Made by a program: the position numbers and the translations under genes
Source of the DNA: Aquabacterium sp.
GTDB taxonomy: Bacteria > Pseudomonadota > Gammaproteobacteria > Burkholderiales > Burkholderiaceae_C
Length of the DNA stretch: 64,000 bases
NCBI RefSeq assembly: GCF_035476535.1
Contig: NZ_DATILJ010000014.1
Span: 602 to 64,601, forward strand
Direction of reading: 5' to 3'
Shown here: positions 1-10,682 of the stretch, piece after piece
How positions within the stretch are numbered: position 1 is the stretch's first letter
Layout of the letters: each line of letters starts with the position of its first letter
The notes under the pieces: generated by a model
What the model was told of the DNA's origin: nothing
Seen by the model: the letters and a program-made list of their open reading frames with translations, nothing else
Database searches by the model: none

Positions 1-3300
<3,300 letters not shown>

Positions 3301-3363
3301 GCCCCCGCAAGCGGACGCCAACGACACGCAAGACCCAAGACGCAAGACACAACAGGACGGACC

Positions 3364-4065
3364 ATGCAGAACATCGATGTCGTGCTCGAGCCGCTGCGCG
3401 CGCTGCTGCAGCAGGTGGGCGCCTTCATGCCCCGCCTGGTGCTGGCCGTGGGCGTGCTGATCCTGGGCTGGCTGGTGGCCAAGGCCTTCCGCTTCAGCGT
3501 CGTCAAGGCCTTGCGTGCGCTGAACTTCCATGTGCTGACCGAACGGGCCGGCATCGACAACTTCCTGCAGCAAGGCGGCACGCAGAAGGACACGGTCGAG
3601 CTGTTCGGCTGGATCGCCTATGCGCTGGTGATCCTGGCCTCGCTGATCATCGCCTTCAACAGCCTGGGCCTGACCCAGGTCACCGATCTGCTCGGCCGCG
3701 TGCTGCTGTTCGGGCCGCGCCTGCTGGTGGCGCTGCTGGTCGTGGTGTTCGGCAGTTATTTCGCGCGCTTCGCCGGCAATGCCGTGCAAAGCTACTGCCG
3801 CGGCGCCGAGATCAGCGACGGCGAACTGCTCGGCCGCCTGATGCAGTACGGCGTGATGGCCTTCGTGGTGCTGCTCGCGGTCGACCACCTGGACATCGGC
3901 GGTGGCCTGATCCAGCAGACCTTCCTGATCCTGCTGTCCGGCGTGGTGGTGGCGCTGGCGCTGTCCTTCGGCCTCGGCGGCCGCGACCGGGCCGCGGCCT
4001 TGATCGAACGCTGGTTTCCGCGTGACACCCGGGACGGCAAGGACAGCCGGGACCGGCGCGCTTGA
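3364..4065 (+). CDS. Integral membrane protein with repeated TM-helix units (resembles the conserved-TM-helix / mechanosensitive-channel-associated family)
   Basis: ATG is preceded by the purine-rich stretch ACAGGACGGACC. 233 aa with four hydrophobic helices (LVLAVGVLILGWLVA, IAYALVILASLIIAF, LLVALLVVVFGSYFA, VMAFVVLLAVDHL), each followed by an amphipathic segment. The family name is from memory only. Confidence 0.6.
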   Translation: MQNIDVVLEPLRALLQQVGAFMPRLVLAVGVLILGWLVAKAFRFSVVKALRALNFHVLTERAGIDNFLQQGGTQKDTVELFGWIAYALVILASLIIAFNSLGLTQVTDLLGRVLLFGPRLLVALLVVVFGSYFARFAGNAVQSYCRGAEISDGELLGRLMQYGVMAFVVLLAVDHLDIGGGLIQQTFLILLSGVVVALALSFGLGGRDRAAALIERWFPRDTRDGKDSRDRRA

Positions 4066-5216
4066 TAGCCGCCGGCCTGCACGCATCGCTGGCGCTGCTG
4101 CGGCGCAACCTCAGCCCGCACGGCATCCTGGCGGCCAGCCGCACCGAAGCCGCCGAAGCCCGCCGCTACACCCGCATCTTCGGCCGCGACGCCGCGATCT
4201 GCGTGCTGGCGATGTGCGGCAGCGGTGACTCGCTGCTGGAGCAGGCGGCAGTCGCCAGCCTGGAGGCGCTGGCCAAGGAGCAGGCCGCCAACGGCCAGAT
4301 CCCGAAGTACGTGGACCCGGACGGCGCCGATGCCGACTTCTGGTACCTGGGCTGCATCGACGCCACGCTGTGGTGGCTGATCGCGGTGGACCATGTGCGG
4401 CGCCACGGCACGGTGGGCGCTACGCACTGGCAGGACGGCGTGGCGCGGGCCATCCGCTGGCTGCAGGCGCAGGAGCACCAGCGCTTCCGGCTGCTGCAGC
4501 AGAACGAGGCCAGCGACTGGGCCGACATCATGCCGCGCTCGGGCTACGTGCTCTACACCAACGCGCTGTGGGTCGAGGTCAAGCGCCGCTTCGCGCTGCC
4601 TGACGCGCAGGCCACGCACCAGCACTTCAACCACCTGTTCGACCCCTTTCAGCGCGACCTGCCCGAGTACCACCGCGCGCGCCTGCTGCAGCACTACGCG
4701 CGCCGCGGCCGGCGCGACCCCGGGCTGTACCTGAGCTTCGTCAACCTGGCCTTCGCTGGCAACGAGGGCGACGTGTTCGGCAACCTGCTGGCCATCCTGT
4801 GCGGTGCGGCCAGCGAATCCAAGGGCCATGGCATCGTGCAGACGCTCGGCACCGCCGGCGCCGCGCACCCGTATCCCATCCGCGTGGTGCTGCATCCGCT
4901 GTCGCGCCAGCACGCGCTGTGGCAGGCCTACATGGTGCGCCACCAGCAGAACCTCGTGCACCAGTACCACAACGGCGGCATCTGGCCCTTCGTCGGCGGC
5001 TTCTGGGTCATGGCGCTGGCCCGGCTGGGCCTGCAGGATCTGGCTTGGCAGCAGCTGGGCGAACTGGCCCGCGTCAACAGCCTGGACGACTGGCGCTTCA
5101 CCGAGTGGTTCCACGGCCGCACGCTGGCCCCGATGGGCATGGCCGGCCAGAGCTGGAATGCCGCGACCTTCGTGCTGGCGCACCGGGCGTTGACGGGGAG
5201 CGGCGCGGCCTGGTGA
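4062..5216 (+). CDS. (alpha/alpha)6-barrel glycoside hydrolase, GH100 neutral-invertase / glycogen-debranching-C-terminal-like
   Basis: TTG start at 4062 overlaps the TGA stop (4063-4065) of the preceding gene. Motifs seen: IFGRDAAICVLAM, NGQIPKYVDPDG, FWYLGCIDATLWWLIAV, NEASDWADIMPRSGY, YHNGGIWPFVGGFW and QSWNAATFV, typical of this hydrolase fold. Start codon uncertain. Confidence 0.65.
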   Translation: MIAAGLHASLALLRRNLSPHGILAASRTEAAEARRYTRIFGRDAAICVLAMCGSGDSLLEQAAVASLEALAKEQAANGQIPKYVDPDGADADFWYLGCIDATLWWLIAVDHVRRHGTVGATHWQDGVARAIRWLQAQEHQRFRLLQQNEASDWADIMPRSGYVLYTNALWVEVKRRFALPDAQATHQHFNHLFDPFQRDLPEYHRARLLQHYARRGRRDPGLYLSFVNLAFAGNEGDVFGNLLAILCGAASESKGHGIVQTLGTAGAAHPYPIRVVLHPLSRQHALWQAYMVRHQQNLVHQYHNGGIWPFVGGFWVMALARLGLQDLAWQQLGELARVNSLDDWRFTEWFHGRTLAPMGMAGQSWNAATFVLAHRALTGSGAAW

Positions 5217-5239
5217 TCGGGCTGCAGCGGCCCGGACGC

Positions 5240-5857
5240 TCACGCTGCGGATTCGTCGACGCCGGGCTGCGCGCTCTCGACGCCCTTGAAAACGGCGTCC
5301 ATCGGCAGTCGGCAATCGATGCTGGCCAGGACCAACTCAGCCGCCCGGGTTTGATCCGATAGCAGCCATCCTCCGGCTGTCAGCGTGAACACCTCGACCT
5401 CACGCGACGCCGGATCGATCAGCGCGTACTCGCGCAGCGCCTGCAGACTGCGGTAGAGGATGAACTTGTTGCGCCTGTCATAGCCCTGGGTGGACGGCGA
5501 CAGGACCTCGATGATGAGCTTGGGGTCAGTGACGGTCTGCTCGTCGCCGGCCTGGGCCTTGCCGCAGGTCACCATGACATCGGGGTAGAGGATGGCCTCG
5601 TTGGCAAGCTGGACCTTCATCGACTCGGCAAAGACTTGGCAGGGTGTGCCGTCCAGATGCTGAGCCAGGCGCGACGCCAGGTTGAGGATCACGCGGTTGT
5701 GTCGAGCCGAGCCGCCGGTCATCGCAAACACCTCGCCACGAAAGAACTCGTGGCGCGTGTCCTGCTGACTCTCCCAGGCCATGAAGTCGGCCAGGGACAT
5801 TGTCGAGATGGGGAGTCCCACGGGCGGTACCTGCTGATAGGACGCAATGCGTACCAT
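5240..5857 (-). CDS. Uma2-family (DUF820) restriction-endonuclease-fold protein
   Basis: Only the C-terminal 205 aa of the 449-aa track ORF look like protein (MVRIASY...FMAWESQQDTRHEFFRGEVFAMTGGSARHNRVILNLASRL...YPDVMVTC...PKLIIEVLSPST..DRRNKFILYRSLQALREYALIDP). ATG at 5857; an alternative ATG at 5800 (MSLADF...) is equally plausible. The upstream part of the ORF overlaps the DUF808 gene out of frame. Confidence 0.75.
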   Translation of the reverse strand: MVRIASYQQVPPVGLPISTMSLADFMAWESQQDTRHEFFRGEVFAMTGGSARHNRVILNLASRLAQHLDGTPCQVFAESMKVQLANEAILYPDVMVTCGKAQAGDEQTVTDPKLIIEVLSPSTQGYDRRNKFILYRSLQALREYALIDPASREVEVFTLTAGGWLLSDQTRAAELVLASIDCRLPMDAVFKGVESAQPGVDESAA

Positions 5858-5964
5858 CATACAAAACCACCATCGACGTTCTGACCGCGGCCAGGAAGCG
5901 GCAGGACCTCGACAAGTTGTTCCGGCCGCTATCGCACGACGCGTCGAAGCTGGGAGCCGTCGCG

Positions 5965-6882
5965 TCAGGCCGCCGATCGCCGCAGCAGCTTCTGCCCCAA
6001 GGTCGCGATCACCAGCGCCAGCGCGCCGGCGACGATACCGGCCAGCGCCTCGGCGGCCATAGCCAGCAGCGTCGCCACCGGCCCCACCGGGCCGTGCGTC
6101 AGGCTGTCGACGAAGTGATGCAGCGCCGGCCAGCCGTGCACCAGGATGCCGCCGCCGACGAGGAACATCGCCGCGGTGCCGGCAACCGACAGGAACTTCA
6201 TCAACCACGGCGCCGCGACCAGCAGCACGCGGCCGATGGCCTGCTGCAGCGCGCCGGCGCGCTGGCTGAGCCACAGGCCGGCGTCGTCGAGCTTGACGAT
6301 GCCGGCCACCAGGCCGTAGACGCCGATGGTCATGATCACCGCGATGCCGGCCAGCACCATGGCCTTCACCGCCAGCGGCTTGTCGGCCACCGTGCCCAGC
6401 GTGATCACGATGATCTCGGCCGACAGGATGAAGTCGGTGCGCACCGCGCCGCGGATCTTGTCGCGCTCGAAGGCCACCAGGTCGGCCTGCGGATCGATCA
6501 GCACCTTGACCACATCCTTCTCGTGCTGCGCATCCTCGGCCGGGCTGTGCAGGAACTTGTGCGCGAGCTTCTCGACGCCTTCGAAACACAGGTAGACGCC
6601 GCCGATCATCAGCAGCGGCAGGATGGCCCAGGGCGCAAACACGCTGATCAGCAGCGCCGCGGGCACCAGGATCAGCTTGTTGACGAAGGAGCCACGCGCC
6701 ACCGCCCAGACCACCGGCAGTTCACGCTCGGCGCGGATGCCGGCCACCTGCTGGGCATTGAGCGCCAGGTCGTCGCCCAGCACGCCGGAGGTCTTCTTGG
6801 CGGCCACCTTGGTCAGCAGCGCGACATCGTCGAGCACCAGGGCAATGTCGTCGAGCAGGGCAAGCAGGCTGGCAGCGGCCAT
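5965..6882 (-). CDS. DUF808 (YedI-like) inner-membrane protein
   Basis: N-terminus MAAASLLALLDDIALVLDDVALLTKVAAKKTSGVLGDDLALNAQQVAGIRAERELPVVW closely parallels my recollection of E. coli YedI. Multiple TM helices. Confidence 0.85.
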   Translation of the reverse strand: MAAASLLALLDDIALVLDDVALLTKVAAKKTSGVLGDDLALNAQQVAGIRAERELPVVWAVARGSFVNKLILVPAALLISVFAPWAILPLLMIGGVYLCFEGVEKLAHKFLHSPAEDAQHEKDVVKVLIDPQADLVAFERDKIRGAVRTDFILSAEIIVITLGTVADKPLAVKAMVLAGIAVIMTIGVYGLVAGIVKLDDAGLWLSQRAGALQQAIGRVLLVAAPWLMKFLSVAGTAAMFLVGGGILVHGWPALHHFVDSLTHGPVGPVATLLAMAAEALAGIVAGALALVIATLGQKLLRRSAA

Positions 6883-6980
6883 CGGTTTCAGCAGTTAGTG
6901 GTGATATGCGTCCCCGGCGGGGACAGGCCGCGCAGCGACCAGGGGAGCGCGATCGTGAACGGAGCCAGACCGCCGGGGTC

Positions 6981-7961
6981 TCATGTTAACGGCTCGACAG
7001 TGACGCCGACATGCGGCGGCGTGCTGCCGCCACCGCGGATCACGCCGCGCAGCGGCGCCACGTCGGCATAGTCGCGGCCATGGGCCAGCGTGACGTGGTC
7101 TTGCGCCACCGCCACGTTGTTGGTCGGGTCCAGCGCCACCCAGCCGTTCAGCGGGCACCACACCGCCACCCAGGCATGCGAGGCATCGGCCCCCACCAGC
7201 CGCGGCTGGCCGGGCGGCGGCTGCGTCAGCAGATAACCGCTGATGTAGCGGGCCGCCAGGCCGTGTGAGCGCAGCGTGCCGATCATCAGGTGCGCGAAGT
7301 CCTGGCACACGCCGCGGCCCTGCTTCAGGGCCTGCAGCGCATCGGTGGCGACATCGGTGCTGTGCGGCTGGTAGCGGATGCGCTCGTGCACCCGGTCCAT
7401 CAGCGCCCAGGCCAGGCCCAGCAGCGGGCGCTCGGGCTCGAACAAGCCGTTGCCGAATTCGGCCAGCAGCGCATGGTGGGCCGCAAACGGCGAGCCGAGC
7501 ACGAACTCCACGGCATCGGGCTGCTGCGCGCCGGCCCGGTAGCGCAGCGACTGCGCCACCTGCTGCCAGGGCGGGCTGTTGTCGACATCCAGCAGCGGCG
7601 GCGGCAGCAGTTGCACGCGAAAGCGCGACACCACCGTCAGGCGCTCATGGACCCGCGCGTGGCTGAAACCATGGCGCCAGTTGCCGAAGGCATCGCGGCT
7701 TTCCTGCACCGCGTCCCGGCCGCCTTCGGGCGCCGGGTCAATGCGCAGCTCCCAGCCCTGCACACGCTGCAGTTCGGTCTCGCGCGGGCGCAGGTGGGCA
7801 CTGTGGTGCGCCACTTCCACCGGCGTGTCGTAGTCGTAGCAGGTCTCGTGGCGCACGGCCAGCATGCGCGGGCCGGTCACCGGCCGGGCACCCTGAGCTT
7901 GACCCTGGCTTTGACGCTGGCCCGAACCGGGTCCCTGCGACTGCTCCTGGCTCGCCGTCAT
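6981..7961 (-). CDS. Transglutaminase-like cysteine peptidase (Bact_transglu_N + transglutaminase core)
   Basis: LAVRHETCYDYDTPVEVAHHSAHLRP at the N-terminus; core GVCQDFAHLMIGTLRSHGLAARYISGYL...DASHAWVAVW (Cys/His). ATG at 7961-7959 overlaps the TGA (7960-7958) of the upstream gene. A 32-aa Gln/Gly-rich leader precedes the conserved domain; alternative ATG at 7865. Confidence 0.85.
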   Translation of the reverse strand: MTASQEQSQGPGSGQRQSQGQAQGARPVTGPRMLAVRHETCYDYDTPVEVAHHSAHLRPRETELQRVQGWELRIDPAPEGGRDAVQESRDAFGNWRHGFSHARVHERLTVVSRFRVQLLPPPLLDVDNSPPWQQVAQSLRYRAGAQQPDAVEFVLGSPFAAHHALLAEFGNGLFEPERPLLGLAWALMDRVHERIRYQPHSTDVATDALQALKQGRGVCQDFAHLMIGTLRSHGLAARYISGYLLTQPPPGQPRLVGADASHAWVAVWCPLNGWVALDPTNNVAVAQDHVTLAHGRDYADVAPLRGVIRGGGSTPPHVGVTVEPLT

Positions 7962-10564
7962 TGCCACACCGAGCGTTCTTCGGACACCACGTGCACGAAG
8001 AGATGGCGGCCGATCTCATCGGACAGCGTGCGCGCCGCCTGGCTGCAGCCGTTCAGCGCTTCGATCAGGTCGGACAGGCGCTGCCCGGCATCGGGCGTGG
8101 CCATCTTTTCGAGCGACCAAGTTTCAGGCGCCGGCAGCGCGGCGGTGATCTGCGCCACCCACGCCGCATCCTGCCGCGCCAGCTTGCGCAGGCGCTCGCG
8201 CATCGTGCGCGCCACCCAGGCCAGCGAGCGCGGGTTGTCGGTGTCGAAGACCAGCAGGTGCAGCAGCGGCAGCACCTCGCGCCGGGCCTGGAACTGCGCG
8301 CGGTAGGTGATGATGCTGTCGAACAGGCCCAGCAGCACCGCGAAGCCGTCGTCGGCCTCGTGCACGCCGTGCTCGAAGCCCAGCGCCAGCGCATGCGAGA
8401 GCATGTCCAGCCGCTCGATCTGCCGGCCCACCGAGAGCAGGCGCCAGCCGTCGTCACGCGTCATGCGGTCGGTCTGCGCGCCGGTGATGGCGGCCAGGTG
8501 GGTGGCGGCACGCGCCAGCACGCCCAGCACATCGGGCGCGGTGACATGGCCTTCGCCTTCTTCGAGCACCGCGCCCAGGTGGTGCTCGAAATGGTCACCG
8601 ACCTCGTGGATCAGCTTCCAGTGTTCGGGCGACAGACGTTCGCGCAGCGCCTGCGCACAGTCGCGCAAGGCGCGCAGGTTGTAGCTGACGCTGGTGAGCT
8701 CGCTGTCCAGCCCCAGGCCATGCACCAGCGCCCGCTCGAACAGGCGCATCGATTGCCATGGCGCCGGCACCGCCGAATCGACCAGGCCGTGGTGGCGCGC
8801 CAGCGCGTCCAGCAGGCGCAACACCGGCTCGCTGGCCTCGGGCAGCGCCTCCAGCATCACCCGCGCCAGGCGCGCGGAGTTCTCCGCGCGTTCGGTGTAG
8901 CGGCCGAGCCAGAACAGGTTCTCCGCGGCACGGCTGGACACCGTGCGGTGCCAGCCCTCCAGTTCGGCCGCCGACAGTGCCTTGGGCAGCAAGGACGTGC
9001 GGTCGACCGCGCCGCTGGCGATGACCCAGGTGTCGACGCTGGCGCTGCCGCTTTGCATCGACAGCAGCGGGTCGTGCATCGCCTCGTCGCGGCCGGCCAC
9101 GCGGGTCAGCGCGCCGGGCAGCACGCGCCAGCCGCCGCTGCCGTCGGCCAGCGCGTAGACGCGCATCACCGCGGCGCGCGGCCACAGCTGGCCCTCGGCC
9201 CAGACCGGGGTTTCGCTGGGGCGCTGCGGCACCAGCAGCGTGTAGGCGGCCGGGTCGGCGTCGATGCGGGCGATCAGGTCGGCGCGTGCCTTGTCGTCGA
9301 GCCGCGCCACCACCTGGGCCGCGATGCCGCTGCTCGGGAAGGTCGGCACGACGATGAACTCGTCCAGGTGCTCACGCTGCGCGGCCCACACCGCCGCTTC
9401 GCCGCACCACCAGGTGGTGGGCGCCGGCAGCAGCAGTTCCTGGCCCAGCAGGCGCTCGGCCACTGCCGGCCAGAAGGCCGACAGGCCCAGGCTTTCCAGG
9501 AAGCCGGCGCCCGGCGCGTTGGCCATCACCAGTTCACCCGCCCGCAAGGCCTGCAGCAGGCCGGGCACGCCGAGCGCGGAATCGGGGCGCAGCTCCAGCG
9601 GGTCGAGGAACTCGTCGTCGACGCGGCGCAGCAGCACGTGCACGCGCTCCAGGCCGTGCAGCGTCTTCAGGTACAGGCGGTTGCCGCGCACCGTGAGGTC
9701 CGAGCCTTCGACCAGCGTGACGCCCAGGTAGCGCGCCAGGAACACCTGCTCGAAATAGGTTTCGTTCAGCGGACCGGGCGTCAGCAGCACGATGCGCGAG
9801 CGTTCGCCGGCCGGGCTGGCCTGCATCAGCCCATCGAGCAGCGAGCGGAAGGTCGAGGCCAGGCGCTGCACGCGCAGTGCAAAGAATTCGTCGTGCAGCT
9901 GCGGGCCGATGATCAGCCGGTTCTCGAGCAGGTAGCCCAGCCCCGAGGGTGCCTGCAGCCGCTGCGCCAGCACGGTGAAACCGCCGTCGGGCGTGCGCGC
10001 CAGGTCGAAGGCAGCGATGTGCAGATGCGTGTTGCCGCGCGGCCACAGGCCGTGCACCGGCCGCAGGTACTGCGGGTGCGCAAACACCAGCGGCGGCGGC
10101 AGCAGTGCATCGCGCAACAGGGTCTGCGGACCGTAGATGTCGGCCAGCGTCAGCTCCAGCAGCTTGGCGCGCTGTTGCACGCCCTGCTCGATCACGGCCC
10201 AGTCTTCGGCGCTGACGAGAAAGGGCAGCAGCTCCAGCGGCCAGGGCCGGCTGGCCTCGGCCTGCTCGGCATAGACGTTGTAGGTGGCGCCGTCTTCGCG
10301 CACACGCTGCTGCACACGCAGCTGGCGCGCGCGCAGATCGGCCCAGCCCTCGGCGCCCAGGCTGTCGAAGAACTGGCGCCACAGCGGCGCCAGTTCGGCG
10401 GGAGCGCCGGGCCGCGTCAGGCCCGCGCGCAGTTCGTCGTATTGATTCACCGTGCCACGGTGGGCCACCGCCGCGGCCAGCGCGGCGGCATCCGGTCCGT
10501 CGTCTTCGGCGAGCAGGCTGCTTTGCATGCCCCGATCATGCCCGTTGCCGGACGCTTGCCGCAT
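7958..10564 (-). CDS. Fused circularly permuted type-2 ATP-grasp + alpha-E domain protein
   Basis: The N-terminal ~500 aa parallel the stand-alone ATP-grasp at 15250-16761 (YNVYAEQ..., LTPGPLNETYFEQVFLARYLGVTLVEGSDLTV, HVLLRRVDDEFLDPLELRPDS.LGVPGLLQA.RAG.L.MANAPG). The C-terminal ~330 aa parallel the alpha-E protein at 14276-15232 (ENLFWLGRYTERAENSARL). The ATG at 10564 has a strong SD (GGGGAGGG, 5-nt spacer). The track ORF start at 10837 would overlap the upstream gene. Confidence 0.85.
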   Translation of the reverse strand: MRQASGNGHDRGMQSSLLAEDDGPDAAALAAAVAHRGTVNQYDELRAGLTRPGAPAELAPLWRQFFDSLGAEGWADLRARQLRVQQRVREDGATYNVYAEQAEASRPWPLELLPFLVSAEDWAVIEQGVQQRAKLLELTLADIYGPQTLLRDALLPPPLVFAHPQYLRPVHGLWPRGNTHLHIAAFDLARTPDGGFTVLAQRLQAPSGLGYLLENRLIIGPQLHDEFFALRVQRLASTFRSLLDGLMQASPAGERSRIVLLTPGPLNETYFEQVFLARYLGVTLVEGSDLTVRGNRLYLKTLHGLERVHVLLRRVDDEFLDPLELRPDSALGVPGLLQALRAGELVMANAPGAGFLESLGLSAFWPAVAERLLGQELLLPAPTTWWCGEAAVWAAQREHLDEFIVVPTFPSSGIAAQVVARLDDKARADLIARIDADPAAYTLLVPQRPSETPVWAEGQLWPRAAVMRVYALADGSGGWRVLPGALTRVAGRDEAMHDPLLSMQSGSASVDTWVIASGAVDRTSLLPKALSAAELEGWHRTVSSRAAENLFWLGRYTERAENSARLARVMLEALPEASEPVLRLLDALARHHGLVDSAVPAPWQSMRLFERALVHGLGLDSELTSVSYNLRALRDCAQALRERLSPEHWKLIHEVGDHFEHHLGAVLEEGEGHVTAPDVLGVLARAATHLAAITGAQTDRMTRDDGWRLLSVGRQIERLDMLSHALALGFEHGVHEADDGFAVLLGLFDSIITYRAQFQARREVLPLLHLLVFDTDNPRSLAWVARTMRERLRKLARQDAAWVAQITAALPAPETWSLEKMATPDAGQRLSDLIEALNGCSQAARTLSDEIGRHLFVHVVSEERSVWQ

Positions 10565-10620
10565 CGGGCCCTCCCCGCTTGACCCGAATTTCCGCCCCCG
10601 ATTCAGGCGGCGCAGGGCCG

Positions 10621-10682
10621 CCCCAAGGCGCCTGATCCCCCTCGGGGGGACCATGCCGAAGGCATGTAGGGGGCCACATTCA
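10621..10682. repeat. REP-like intergenic repeat, copy A
   Basis: CCCCAAGG..N..CCCCCTCGGGGGG..N..GGGGGCCACATTCA. It shares the end blocks, the identical 13-nt hairpin core and their spacing with copy B (58713-58777) and, more loosely, copy C (21073-21127). It abuts the stop codon of the gene at 10683. Confidence 0.5.

Noticed and set aside
5240-5857. The Uma2-family gene considered as a marker of a mobile element or defence island (by eye a few percent lower in GC than its neighbours)
   Set aside because: No integrase, transposase, flanking repeats, tRNA target or partner defence genes are present. A single Uma2 gene is common in ordinary chromosomal contexts.
5858-6589. N-terminal 244 codons of the 449-aa minus-strand ORF 5240-6589
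   Set aside because: This part overlaps the DUF808 gene in another frame and reads as Arg/Gly/Ala noise. Only the last ~205 codons (Uma2-like) look like a real protein.
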